Below, one piece after another: positions 38,683-52,460 of a stretch of DNA of 64,000 bases (within the stretch, counting starts at the first letter, position 1; each line of letters opens with the position of its first letter). The stretch is from Octopus vulgaris. Its lineage: Eukaryota. The notes below the pieces were generated by a model. That model saw only the letters and a list, made by a program, of their open reading frames with translations. It ran no database searches and was not told the origin of the DNA. Location: the NCBI GenBank assembly GCA_951406725.2, contig OX597831.1, forward strand, positions 53,258,001 to 53,322,000. The letters run 5' to 3'. The position numbers and the translations under genes were made by a program.

Positions 38683-39399
38683 CACATCAGCCTGTGTGTG
38701 TGCAGTATTTATGCATCTAGGTTACTATATGTTCTTGAGTACAATATGATCTTTATTATAATACACCCACCTCCCCCCACTAATACACACGCACAGTGTG
38801 GCCCCACTGCATGCAGTGCAACCACCCCACTAAAAGTCTCCTGTATATTTTATCCTCTTTTTTTTTCTACACACTGCTATAATATATAAATATATAAATT
38901 CTTATCTCCTGTTTGCGTAGTTTTCCAAGCTGTAAATGGATACACTGGAAAGAGAATTTGTGTAATTGATGGGTGTTTGATAAGACCACTGGAATAAAAG
39001 CAGAATAACATCAGAAGTATTACTGAAAAACAAAGCAAATAAACTTGCCAAATATGTAAATGTTTTGTAGTAGTTGTGGGGGACAACAATTCACAAATAT
39101 ATTCCCACCACTACCACCACCAGTTAGATCGCGATGTTTTGTTGTTATATTTTTCTTCATTACTGTATTTGATGGCATAAAAAAGTGCAGGAATATTAGA
39201 CAGCCCCAATTTCAGGTGTGGATAATTAGTCTCAAAAAAAGACAAACTTTTTAGCACATTAAAGCATGTAATATTTATTGGGATCTTGCAGTATATTACA
39301 ACTTCATGTATAGGATTTGGGGTGATCTGTTGGGATATTTTTTAAAGAAAAGTGTCTTATAACTGTATCCTAATATAATTCTTTTATATTTGTTATTAG

Positions 39400-39468
39400 G
39401 TCATTGTCAGTCCAGACTACTCAGATACATGTATCCAGTTAACTGTAAACAGTGCTGTGGTGAGAGCT
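39400..39468 (+). CDS. SZT2: SZT2 penultimate exon (VIVSPDYSDTCIQLTVNSAVVRA)
   Basis: attag acceptor, gtgagt donor, 23 codons; not shown in the ORF track. Confidence 0.85.
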
Positions 39469-40472
39469 GTGAGTTCAACATTAACTATTTCATTTCACAT
39501 CCTTCAAAATTCATGCCTATCTCTCTTGTCTTCATTTTCTTATAGCTGGTTTATTTATATTTATTTATTATTACATAGACCTCACAAGTGCTGGTACCAT
39601 GAAAAAAAAAGCACTCAGTACACTCTGTAAAGTGGTTGCCATTAGGAAAGGCATTCAGCTATAGAAGCTATGCCAAAGCAAACATTGGAGCACAGTGCAG
39701 TCCTCAGCTTGGTTGATTCCTGTCAAACCATCCAAACCATGTGAGCATGGAAGAGGGATATTAAAATATAATAATAATGTTGGTATAGAGCAAGACAGTA
39801 AGGATACACAATTCAATCTGTGTATTTGCAGTTTTGGTGCCTACAACTATAAGACCTTTCATTATTCTGGGTGGAAAAATTGCAGTAACAAATAATGATT
39901 CAAAGCAAGATCATCCAAGACTGACCCAATGATTCTTATAGGTTTTTACACTCTAAAGTTATGGTTTGATGTAGTGCACATCAACATTACTAGTTTTGGT
40001 ATGGTTACACAAAATGTTTTTTGCATAATTACATACATCATTTAGCATCTGTATTCCATTCAAGCACGGGTTGGACTTGCTGGCCCCCAGTTGCTATGGT
40101 TTAGTGATTTGCTCTGGTTTATTTACAGTGTTAAGATGATGAGACAACTCTTCTTGATCATGGTCTATCTCGGATAATCTTTCCAGATGATCCAGTAGTT
40201 TTTCCTGACAATTAAGTGTCAAATGAAGTTAACGGAAGTTAATTAGTCCGATAATGATTTCCAAAGTTAACTTAAAAGTTAAATTGTTAATGAAAATGTT
40301 AACTTCGTTAATTAACAATTAATGGCTTGGTGCCCAAGTTTTAATTTCACACTTTCTTAAACATGTAGAAATCTGTTGGTGATATTTTTGTGTACTGTTA
40401 CCTTTCATTTTCAGTTCAAATTATTTATTTAATTTATTTATATATTTCTTTTTTGTTTTTTATATTATTTAG

Positions 40473-40616
40473 GATTTGAGTCTTTTGAATCGAGAACCAA
40501 GACCAGTCGGTCCTTCACAATCTCAAGAAGATGAACAACATCAAGAAGCTGTACAGAATCTTGTTGAAAGTTTTATCGGTGCTTGCTGTTTTCATCTCTG
40601 GAGCAGTATGCTGTAA
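40473..40616 (+). CDS. SZT2: SZT2 terminal coding exon (DLSLLNREP...VESFIGACCFHLWSSML*)
   Basis: tttag acceptor, TAA at 40614-40616; C-terminus resembles vertebrate SZT2 (REP...ACF.LW..LL*). Confidence 0.93.
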   Translation, partial: DLSLLNREPRPVGPSQSQEDEQHQEAVQNLVESFIGACCFHLWSSML

Positions 40617-40657
40617 TATGCAGAAATATTTTTTTTTTTCAATATTTTTTTCCGGCA

Positions 40658-41385
40658 GGAACAGTATGCACTGAAATGCAATGGTCTATTCATCAGAGCA
40701 GTATGTACTGACATACACTACTAAAATGATCAGAGCAGTATGTACTGACATACACTAATATATTGATCATAGTAGTTTGTACTGATATAGACTAGTCTAT
40801 TGATCACAGCTGTATGCTTATTTATTGATCAGAGCATTATGTATTCACATATGCTAATATATTGACCACTGCAGTATATACTGACATGTTAACATATTAA
40901 TCACTGCAGTATTTACAGATATACACTATTATATTGATCACAGCAGTATTTACTGACATACACTAGTATATAATCACAGCTGTATGCATTGATGTATACC
41001 AATATAGTGATCTGAGCAGTATGTACTGACATATAGTAATATATTGACAACTACAGTATATACTGACATACACTAATTTATTGATCACATCAGTATGTAC
41101 TGACATACAGTGATAAATTGGTCATAGCAGTATGTACTGACATACAGTGATAAATTGGTCATAAGGTAGTGTATATTGATCACAGGTGTATAAATTGACA
41201 TACACTGATCTATTGATCAGAACAGTATGTACTGACATATGCTTGTCTGGTTCATCAGAGCAGTATGTACTAACATATACTAATACATTGATCAGAGCAG
41301 TATGTACTGATGCACACTAATATATTGATCATAGCTGGTATGTACCAACATATACCGGTCTATTCATCAGAGTAGCATGTAGTGA
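40658..41385. repeat. 37-bp minisatellite in the SZT2 3'UTR
   Basis: Roughly 19 copies of agagcagtatgtactgacatacactaatatattgatc. Confidence 0.92.
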
Positions 41386-44300
41386 CCGTAATTAAATGTA
41401 CTGGCCAAGATCAAAAGTATTATAAAATATATACATTGTTCAGCTGACTAGAACAATATTTGACGAATGACATGCACTGGTATGTTGATCAGAGCAATAA
41501 ACAAATTATAGTAAACACAAACAAAACACCACGACCTGCCCAAGGCTGGCTGAATGTCGGGGATTTCGTGCTAGTCTGCAAAAATGTCCTTATCCAACAT
41601 TCATGTTTCAGCAGCACCATGATTCAAATGTGAACCAAATGGATTTTCATGTTAAATAAATATTTTTTTTATTGAGAAACAATAAAAAAAAAAATGTTTT
41701 TTTACATAAAAAATCTCTGAATTTTTTTCCATAAGCTCAATCAAGTATTAAAACAATAATGTCAATGTTAACCTTCACATTTTGCTAAATTCACTATTTA
41801 CACACTTTTTCTGCAACTACACTGTTTGCTATGCAGTCTGTGATTCTATTTCTCAGTGATGTTTTTTTTTTTATTTAAATCACAACAGAATTGTTATCTA
41901 TGTATGGATGTATATATTATTATTTGAAAATAATTTGTATGCAAAATATCTTAATTTTTTATCTTTTGTTATTTTTCCTCAAATATTTAGATTTAAAAAA
42001 TTTTTTCTTTCTTTAATTTAATGTTTTTTGTTGTTTTTTGGTTGTTTTTTTTTATTTGAAGTATTTATTTACTGAAATCTTGAAATCTTTGAGATTATTT
42101 TGTTTTACATTGTGATAATTCTTTACCTTTAATTAAAAAAGAAACAAAAAAAAAAGAAAAATGTAAAAAAGTTATTTTTTAAATGTCTCTTAATTTTTAG
42201 TCTAATGTTCTGGACATAGTGACAGTGTTACTTACTGTAAGATTACGGAATGGTATCATGAATTTTAAATGTATTAGTCACAAATTTACAACTCTGAGTA
42301 TTTGGTTATTTGTTTGGTAAAAAAAATTGCAACCAAATTATATTTGTAATAAACAACATAAAGAAATTCTATTGGTGCCGCAAAACAACCTATTTGTATA
42401 TACTTAGAATATTTTTCAGTAAATCCCAAATGTCTTCGCACATGTACAAAAGAACAATAAATAAAACAGGCAGTTTGATATCAGCTTTTATGTTAAAAAA
42501 CACACTGGCTGTATGTGGTGCTTAAAAGATCCAAAACTTGCTTAAGACAAAAGCTAGATAAATAATAGGTAAAAAAATTACCCTGTGTAGCAAAACAAGT
42601 ATATTTAGTTCCCTCATCATTTTCTATCCTAATTAGATACTCTTCTAATATTTTCTCAGGTGCTTTCACAAGACGATTTACATAAGCTTTGAAGAAAATA
42701 CTTTGAAGAGAATTTTGTATCCAAACTAAATCTCTTTTCACCTTTGTATTTGGTGTCAAAGCCAAATCCTGGCAAATAGTACCAAGATATCTTTCTCCTT
42801 ATGTTTTGCTTATTTTCAAGTAACATTTTTTAAAATTAATATTGATCACTGTATAAAATAAACAATACTCAACGGTGAATAGCAGTATTGTTTTTCTTGT
42901 CAAAATCTTTTATGTAAATTGCACAAACTGAATTTTGTTTCAAATGAAAGAAAAACTATCAACAAAAAAAAGAAAAGAAAAGACCCTCCCACCCCCAAGA
43001 TGTCCTAGATAATACTGATGGCTTTATTTTTGATTCCATTCAAAAACATTGCATTAAATTTGTTTCCATGACATTAAGATATATGTGGTCCATCAATTTT
43101 TATTGCATGTATGGGTTTTAAAAACTATATTTATTTTAAATATCAAATATGCTATAATTTGGGCCATGTATAGATTTATCATGGTTTGATTGAACAGAAT
43201 GCCAATCAAATTCTGGTGACTAGCTCTTGTTGTTTCAGAGAGATTGCTTCAATGATATTTAAAGATCATTGTTTTTCATTGCAGACGTTTTGACCTATAG
43301 GCTTGAACATGATGTCTGTTGGTGAAATTGTAAAATAATTTGATCTTTAGTCCCAAAATCTTTATGTTCTAAAGTTTCTGAAAGCAAATAATTTTTGTTT
43401 CAATAACTAAAACATCAACCCTTTGATACTCGGACACTCTCATTTCATGCAATTTTTGATACCTGAATGTTTTGCATTCAATTTTTGATACCTCAGTGAA
43501 ATATTTATTTTAATTATTTAATGTAATTTTGTTTGTTTGTTTATTACTTTTCTGTGTAATGATTTTTGTGAATATTCAAGTAAAAAAGCTAAAATTTCAT
43601 TGCTCCCTTTGATTATCTCCTTTTTATCTAATTTCCCTTCGACATATCATTGCATGATCATAATTATGTAAAAAAAATTTCTATAGCTTCATGATTTCAT
43701 GTTATATGCCACTAAATTAGTTTTGGAGCTGTATATATAGCTCACAAATAATGGTTCAGTGTATGATAATAAAAATATAATTAATCAACAAGTAAAACTA
43801 ATAGATTCTAAATTACCTATTAGAAATGAGTTTTTTTTAATATTAATAAATTATTTAGAAATAGAGTGAGAAAGAGAAAACATTTCTTATATTAAGGTCT
43901 CCTTTTCAAACATCTGTCATCTCATCATTAACATTTATTCAATCATCTTTGCATGTTTTCTTTATATTTACATTTCTATTTAGAATGTTTAATGAAACAT
44001 TTTCTTTTTTAAGCTAGTGTATTTCAATGCTGAGCCTTGCAATCCTCAGGGAGGAATATGGAGGTTCGGTCTTTGATCAATAGAAATAACCTTGGAAGTG
44101 ATAGTTCTAAGACAGTCAGCTGTATCAAATACTTATTTTCTTCATTATAATGGTGTTTCTTACTGTTTCCATTGGTACAAGTTGGAGCAATATTTCTATC
44201 TTTTCTATGTTGGCGATGACGACTTCAAAATCTTGGCCTGCAATCAATGTTGAGAACTTTTCAATGATAATCTGATTCATGACACTTGTGAGAAAATAGT

Positions 44301-47300
44301 AAAAATCTTTCAACAGTTTTCTTTTATTCCAGATGATGATTTCATTATCCATTCTGATATTTCTTCAGGAACTAGCATGATATAAATGAATAACTGCTGA
44401 CCAATCAAATAATTACATTGCACAGCTACTGATTAAAGGGGTTCATAGCTTAATGTCTTCTTATTAGTACTGCTTTGCATATCTGTAAAAAATATATAAA
44501 TTCTTACCTCCTGTTTGCGTAGATTGCCAAGCTGTAAATGGATACACTGGAAAGAAAATTTGTGTAATTGATGGGTGTTTGATAAGACCACTGGAATAAA
44601 AGCAGAATAACATCAGAAGTATTACTGAAAAACAAAATAAACAAATAAACTTGCCAAATATGTAAATGTTTTGTAGTAGTTGTGGGGGACAACAATTCAC
44701 AAATATATTAGCCATGCCTGAACAAGTTTTTTTCTCTAATCATAATAATTTTCTGGCAATTAAGTCAGTTAAGCATGATTGTTACAATTATTTTTCTAAC
44801 AAAATATGGAAATAACCATTAGTAATGGATAATAAAGGCATTTTTAAAAAATATAAATTAGATTTATGTTAAACCAAAAAGAAAGAAAAATAATGGGGGT
44901 GCAAAAACAAGGAAAATCTTTTAATAATGCCAACTCTAATCAGATCAGTTCCTCTTCTTATTATATTCCTATTTTTGAAATGACATTATCTAAGCTCTTG
45001 CTTAACAGATGATTAATACGCTGACTATCATTCTGGCTTTAGCCTCCTCTGTTACATGGAATATCTAAGTAATTTCAATATGAAGAATGCACTAATTGTT
45101 TTAATATTAAATGCTAAAGGATGGTTTAAAAAATTCAAGTTGGCAAATATTTTCTGTAAAAAAAAAAACAAAAAAACAAACCCATCTCTTTAACAAATTG
45201 TAAATATCCACTTTCATATGAAAGTGTGACAAAGATGTTGGCTGCCTTCATTGTTTTATTTATCAGATTTGCTCTTTATTTTACCTCTTTACAACTAAAA
45301 CTAGAGTATCACTATTTCCTTCTAGAAATGAAGGCTTCCTTTTAAATAGTGATATCGTTTCAATAAGCTCTGTGGACAAAATATTTTCTATCATTCAATA
45401 GATTCTTGATTTTCCTTACTATTCTCTTAAATCATCTCTGCTGTTTCTCAAGCAAGTCTTATATTGTGAAAATATTTTCAGATTTTATTTACCACCCACA
45501 CAAAACACTCAGTGCCTAGGTATATATCTACAAAACTCTTATATAATCCTTTGCTAAGTCTCTAAGCTTAATGGTGTTCCTTTTGCCTAAACTGTCTTCA
45601 TTATGCCAATTTGGAAGTATGTAAGAAAAAAAAAGTGATGTTTTGAAACAATGAATCTATGATTGTTTTAACAATCAACTCCATATGTGGCCTTCATCAC
45701 CTATCTTTTATCTCCTTCCTTTAGCATAACATAAACAATCAATTTCTTGAATGTCATGGAATAAATTCAGATTCAAAAGATTGGAATTTTTGTAGTTTTT
45801 GCACTCTGACATTTTTTTAATAGTGAATATATTGACTTTAGACTTCCCTATTTCATGTTTACCATTGCAAAAAGTACCAGGTCTGAGGTCTAAGAATTTA
45901 ATAATATTCTATTCTTACTTAGAAAATCCTTAACATTTTCATTGAACAATTAAGCTTTATGAGAAGACTGCATATCAAAACGCACACTTGCTTTGCTTCT
46001 GTCCACACTTAGGAAAAGTTTCAGTCAGTCAAGTATTGAAGACTCCTTACCTTTCTATCAACTCTGCTTTTATTTCTCTTAATTATGAAATTTCTCTATG
46101 TTTAGTAAAGTGTTGTTTGATTATCTTTCTCTTACCAAAAATTCAATGCTTAATGCATTCTTCATAATACATTGTATAAATGTTTATCAAATAACCAACT
46201 CTACTACAATTTCACTCACTACAGGGGGGCAAATTCTGTACTTCAGCTATTTGTTCCAAGGTTTTGTGTCTACTTATCTCAATATTCTCACTGTAACTTC
46301 ACAAGGACTACATCAAATTTATATGAGTAATAAGTAAAGGAGGGAGATTTGTGCAGTACCAACCTTCCTCTCTTATCAAACTATTCATTCATTTAAAACT
46401 TCAATTACCAGGGATGTCTGCTGGCAGATTCTACCCCAAATATACTTTATTGATACATGCTCTATCAGTTCCAGAATAGTGGTTTATTCTAATGCATTAC
46501 TTGAAGTTTGCTAAAGTCTTATTATTTTAAAAATTACTTTTATTTAAACCTTTCTCCAGAACAGGGATAAAGAATTTTTTAAGTATCAGGGGCAAATCTT
46601 TGATGGTATAAGGACTTGTAGGCACACATCTCTGCTGAGTCAAATAATAGATCTTTTATTTTGTAAATTCATAGGCATGCAACTTAGATAAAAATACTGC
46701 ATTGATTTTAAGGAGTAAACCTTTTTCTCTTATGAGGTTTTAGAAAGACTGTTTCAGGAGGCAATTGCAAATTTGAATAGAAGTGGAATTTTGCTTGTGG
46801 GCAAGAAGTACCCACCTCCTACTTTCCCATAACAAATACCTGTCTTCAGTTGGTCACTTGTTGAAACATGGAATTGCGTATAGCTTTATGTCTTGAATTT
46901 TAACATTTGTTAAAAATGGAAATAACTTTGTACAGTGTTGCTGTCTTAAATTGTTATATTCCAGTTGTTTCAGGGGTTCAAAAGTGTTGTTCTCATCATA
47001 GTTTCACACAAATTTGACAAACAACGAAACTGCTAAGAAATGGTTCTGTTGTGTTTGTTTTGTTCTTAATATCTACTTTCGAAATATCTTTATGGTTTCT
47101 CTCCTTTAAGAAATATATTGTGACTACAGAAGTTAATGCATTTCTTTTCAAATTATTGGTTTTCATATATGAATTTTATGTCAATTTGTTTTTTTAATAT
47201 CTCATATTTTGTTTCCTTTCTAAAATTTAAACCAATAAAGAGGTAACTAGAATAAACTTTCCCAATTAAATATCTGGCATTTCTCAATTATTTTTGACTA

Positions 47301-48515
47301 AGACTTACATTTTTAAAAATAAATATTTAATTTCGAAATCAGTTTCAATAGCATATACACTTTAAAGGTAGTGAGTGGGCAGAATCTTTAGCATACCAGA
47401 CAAAACACTTAATAGGATTTCATGTGTCTTTACGTTCTGGGTTCAGCTTCCACCATGGTTGACTTTGCCTTTCATCTTTTGAGTGTCGGTAAAATAAGTA
47501 CCAGTTGCACACTGGGGTCAATGTAATTGACTTTCCCTCTCACCAGAACTTGCTGGCCTTGTGCCAAAATTTGAAACCAAAACTTCAAATTTTTCTTCTG
47601 TAAAGTTTCATTTCAAATACTTGTATAAAATATGATTTATGATAGAAATCACTTTATATATTTACAAAATAAATAAAAAATATAGGCTTTGTTTTAAAAA
47701 CTACAGTAAATTCATTTTGGTTAATCATTGTAGTTATGTAGTTAACACCTAAACTGCAGGACAATAAGAAAAAAATATTCATATTTGGCTAAAATATTTT
47801 TGTAGATATTATTCAAATATGTTCTTTCATGGTCCAGTAATTAACTAATTTGATTGCCATCTTGTTTAGACTTAATTGTTCCTTTATATATTACCACCAA
47901 GTATTAATTATACTATACAGTTTCTGGTCAAATTTTACATCTAGGGTGATTTTTCTTTTTATATATATACACACACACACACATATAGTATAATTAGGTG
48001 AAAACTTCATAACATGCATATATGAGCTCTTCTGTTGGTCGTTATTTGGCTTCCACATGATATCCTACAGTGGGATATATTCCTGGGCTAGATACACATG
48101 TAAAGAACTCTTTACATAGGATTAATACATGGATAATATAACACAAGGGTGGAAGGTAACAAGCTTTCATAGTAGATCACAACATTTGGTTCAGCACTAC
48201 ACATCAGCTTTAAATGGCAAAATTTATATTCAAAGATTATTATAGAAAACAGCCTTTATAATTATTATACAGTTGCATGCTACTCAGCAAAGCCATGCAT
48301 GGGCACTTTATTAGGGCAGAATACAATTTCCGTTGAATCCTTCTGGATATTCTGTTGCTGAGCAGCATTCAATTGTACTATAATTATAAGGAATGTTCTT
48401 CTGTACAGATCTTTGAATATAAACTCAGCAACTTAAAGCTGATGTAAAGCCTGTTATCCTCCATCCTCATGTTATATTATCCTTATGTATGTGTGTGTAA
48501 CGTGTTTATATATAG

Positions 48516-48890
48516 GTGTAGCTGTGTGGTTAGAAGCTTACTTCCCAACCACATGGTTCTGGGTTCGGTCATACTGCGTGACACCTTGGGCAAATGTCTT
48601 CTACTATAGCCTCAGACCGATCAAAGCCTTGTGAGTGGATTTGGTAGGCGGAAACTGAAAGAAGTCCATTGTGTGTATATATATGTGTGTCTGCGTGTCT
48701 GTGTTTACCCCCCCTATCATCACTTGACAACCGATGTTGGTGTGTTTATGTCCCCATAACTTAGCGGTTTGGCAAAAGTGACCGATAGAATAAGCACTAG
48801 ACTTACAAAGAATTAATCTTGGAGTTGATTTATTTGACTAAAGGTGCTGCTCTAGCATGGCCACAATCAAATTATTAAAATAAGTAAAAG
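48516..48890 (+). mobile_element. Full-length tRNA-derived SINE, the most abundant family in the window
   Basis: gctgtgtggttagaagctt...gtgagtggatttggtag...(GT)n...aagtaaaaga; copies at about 7888, 34640 and 59822, inverted at 62930. Confidence 0.85.
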
Positions 48891-49783
48891 AATATGCATA
48901 TATGTATAAATCATTGAATGACAAGAGAACAGTAATTACATTAGCAACTTTGTTACCTTACAGCTGTTTCTGATATTGAAGCAATTCACTCTGAGCTGAG
49001 TTCAACATCGTATAGCTTTCATGAAGCCATTTATGTATATGTATTTGTGTGTTTTATATATATATATATATGATTGTACACACACACACGCTCACACATA
49101 TGTAATATCAAAAGAAAAGTGTTGAAAACGTAACTGTATTATCTGTTTGGTTAAACACTTTTAATTTAGAAAATGATTGAGTGACAAAATTCTAACGGAA
49201 ATAACATACATGTTTTAATTAACAATCTGAGGGAGAAAGAACTGTTGGCCTCCTGCCAGGAAAAAAAACCCCTCGTATCTATTGTTTGCCAGATAACCTT
49301 GCTTATAGGCTATGTGTATACACACACATATGTATGCACATATATGTAGATATATATAGATCTGTGTGTATGTCTATATATGTGTATATTTTTATGCATA
49401 TATATATATATTTGTGTGTGTTTGTATATATGTATGTGTATTATGTATGTGTATGTATATATATATATATTTATATAACTGTGTATATGTGTGTGTGTAT
49501 ATATATAACTACAATATATGTGTGTATTATGTATGAATGTGTGTGTATATATACATAAATCTATTATATCTATATACATATATATGTGCATACTTGTGTA
49601 TACATATACACTCACTAGATGTTTATACCATATACTTATATATACATATATTTACATGTGTATGCACACACTATCCTTGTTTCTATATTTATCCTTCAGG
49701 CTGACCAAAGATTTGTGGTTTTATTTGTTAGGAAGAAACTGAAAGAACTCCATCGTGTGTATGTGTAAAAATGTGTGTGTGTT

Positions 49784-49820
<37 letters not shown>

Positions 49821-50181
49821 GAATGTATGCATGTACCTGTGTGTGTTTGTCTCTTACTTGTCTTGATTTTGTGCAATAGATGTAAAGCATCAGGCGCTTA
49901 CAAGCAGTGTCGTTCGTTTTGAACCTACTATGAAAAAGTATCTGACATTGGAGAAATATTTCCTTCCTTGGAAACAGGAGAGGATTGGCAACAAGAAGGG
50001 CATCTGGCCATAGAAAATCTGTCTCAGCAAGTTCCACCTGACACACGAGAACATGGGAAAGTGGACATTAAAACAATGATGATGGTACATGCACACACTT
50101 TCTTCTAGTCATATTATTTATTAATATATGTATGTGCATGTTGTGTGTCTGCACTATGTAGAGTACAAACCCACACATGTT

Positions 50182-50212
<31 letters not shown>

Positions 50213-51774
50213 GCATGTATAGATATGTTTGTGTATGTATGTATATATATATGCATGTATAGATATTTATGTTTGTGTACATATATGCATGTATTGGTAT
50301 ATACATACACATACAAATATCTATACAATCATACATATATATATCATCATCATCATCATCATCGGACGCTAAACGATGATGATGATGATATATATATATG
50401 TATGCATGTATAGATATTTGCATATGTATGTATATATATGTATGCATGTATAGATATTTGCATATGTGTATATATATATATATGCATGTATATATATATG
50501 CGTGTGTATATTATATATGTATATGTTTTCTACATGTGATTGTTTGGCTCCATCCCAGCCTTGTTGGAAGACATGCCAGGCATGGCCATTCCATCTCTCT
50601 AGTCGTGTACAAGATTACATTATCTCATACATTCATCCCGTATTTTTTTAGGATGTGATTTGAGGGGTAATATGCTGACATATCCTCCAACTCATTTCAT
50701 ACAACATTTCCTTGTGTTGGTAGTAATAGGAATACTAACAAGTGACCAAGAGTTAAATTATCTCGTTTCCATCTCATATTGTGAAGTTATTTACTCAAAA
50801 TGACTGAATAAATATAGAAGCTCTGACTATAATTTCTCCAAAGAGGCTAAAATATTTCATAAAATATTTACCAAAATATGTAACTTCAAAACGTACCACC
50901 AGTAAGCTCCATCTTATTATGTATAACTCTGCAATAATTTTAAAGGTGTTTGTATAAAAAAAATATATAAATAAATAAAAATAAAAAATTTTTTAATTAA
51001 ATTATTTTTTTTTTTTGGTTTTGCTTTGAAGAGACCTACTCAGCATCTACACTTTTATATCATTGAAAAAAATGGTTCAAGTTTGATGTCTGACTAAGCC
51101 AACTTTAATGTTGATAGAAAAAAATACAATATGAAAAAACGGGTTGAAAACAAATTTAATGAACCTGTATTTTTCTTGTCTTGTGTTGCTACTTGTGGAA
51201 CACACATGCACGCGCACACACATGCTCTTTCTCCTTGCTGTTTTAAGCTTGGTTTAAATTTACGATATGTATTTATAATTATAAAAAATGCATAAAAGGG
51301 ATTAAAAAAATAAAATGTCTTCAGTTGAAAAAACAGTTTTGTTGATTTTTTTTTTGTTTACTTTTTGTCTTTTTCTAAAAATATTTTGTGGTTATTACAA
51401 AATGTGGATTTGGCTATTGTTCAGACTTTATTGAAATAGTTATTATATATGCTAATGATTCAATTATAAATTGTGATTAATGAAGGAATTAATGGGACAG
51501 AGGGGTGGGTGGGGCAAGGGACAATATTTTGTTGTTTTTATATTTTTTCTTCAGTTAAATTTTTTTTTTTAAATTCCTTTTTCTATATTGAAAGAAAGAG
51601 GCAAAATTTTGTTTTTTCTACAGCTGAAATGATTTCAGTTTAACATTTTCTCTTAAAAAAAAACAATGATAAATAAAAAAAATGTTTTATTTAAATGAGT
51701 GTTTGTTATTTTTTCTTGTTTTTTTATTTTATTTTCCTAAATTAAAAATGCATTCTATCATGTTTGTGTGTGTA

Positions 51775-52460
51775 ACTTGGCACCCTATCCCAAGTAGCCA
51801 AGCAGCCCATCTTGACAAGACCAGACAGGTCAGCTAACTAGACCAGTTAGACAAGCTCATCCATTCAAGGTTACCAGCTTACCAGTCCAGGCAGGCTACC
51901 CCAACTGGCCCATACAGAACAACCTAAACTGACTGATCCAGCTATATAAGTCAGCCAATCACGTCAGCCTAGCCAGCCCAGATAACCCTGTCCAACAAGT
52001 CCAGCCATCCAGGGTCATCCATCCCAACAAAGACTGGGTAGACCAGCTAGCCCAGGCACTCAAGATCAACCAGTTAGCCTAGCAGCTCAATCCAGTCAGG
52101 TCAAGCCAAGGCAATGCAGGCAGACCAGCTCATGTGGGATAGACTAGCCAATCTGACCAGCCAGGCATTTAAGTTCACTCAGTCAGCCTAAACAGCTCAA
52201 TGGAGACAGGCCATCCCACATAGAGATGCCTAGCTCTGAAGCCCAACCCAGTCTAGGCAGAACAGCTTGGCCAACTCAGGCAGCCCATCCGAGCCACCAC
52301 AGGCAGGCCAGGTAGACCAGCCAAGCCCAGACAGCCTTGTAAGTCCAGACAACCCAGGCTCTCAACCCATTCAAGCAAATGCAGTCCAGCAAACTAGTCC
52401 AGCCTCATCATCCTAGCCAGCTATCCAAGGCAGCCATCCCAGGCAGAACATGTAGACTGG
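51775..52460. repeat. C/A/G-rich degenerate low-complexity repeat (ccagc-type)
   Basis: Abrupt GC rise with recurrent ccagcc/agaccag motifs; no long ORF. Confidence 0.65.

Noticed and set aside
40658-41385. 37-bp repeat as a CRISPR array
   Set aside because: Head-to-tail degenerate minisatellite without spacers
49286-50658. His/Thr/Tyr/Ile- and Cys/Val-rich ORFs (also at 457-888)
   Set aside because: Translations of (CA)n/(TA)n low-complexity tracts
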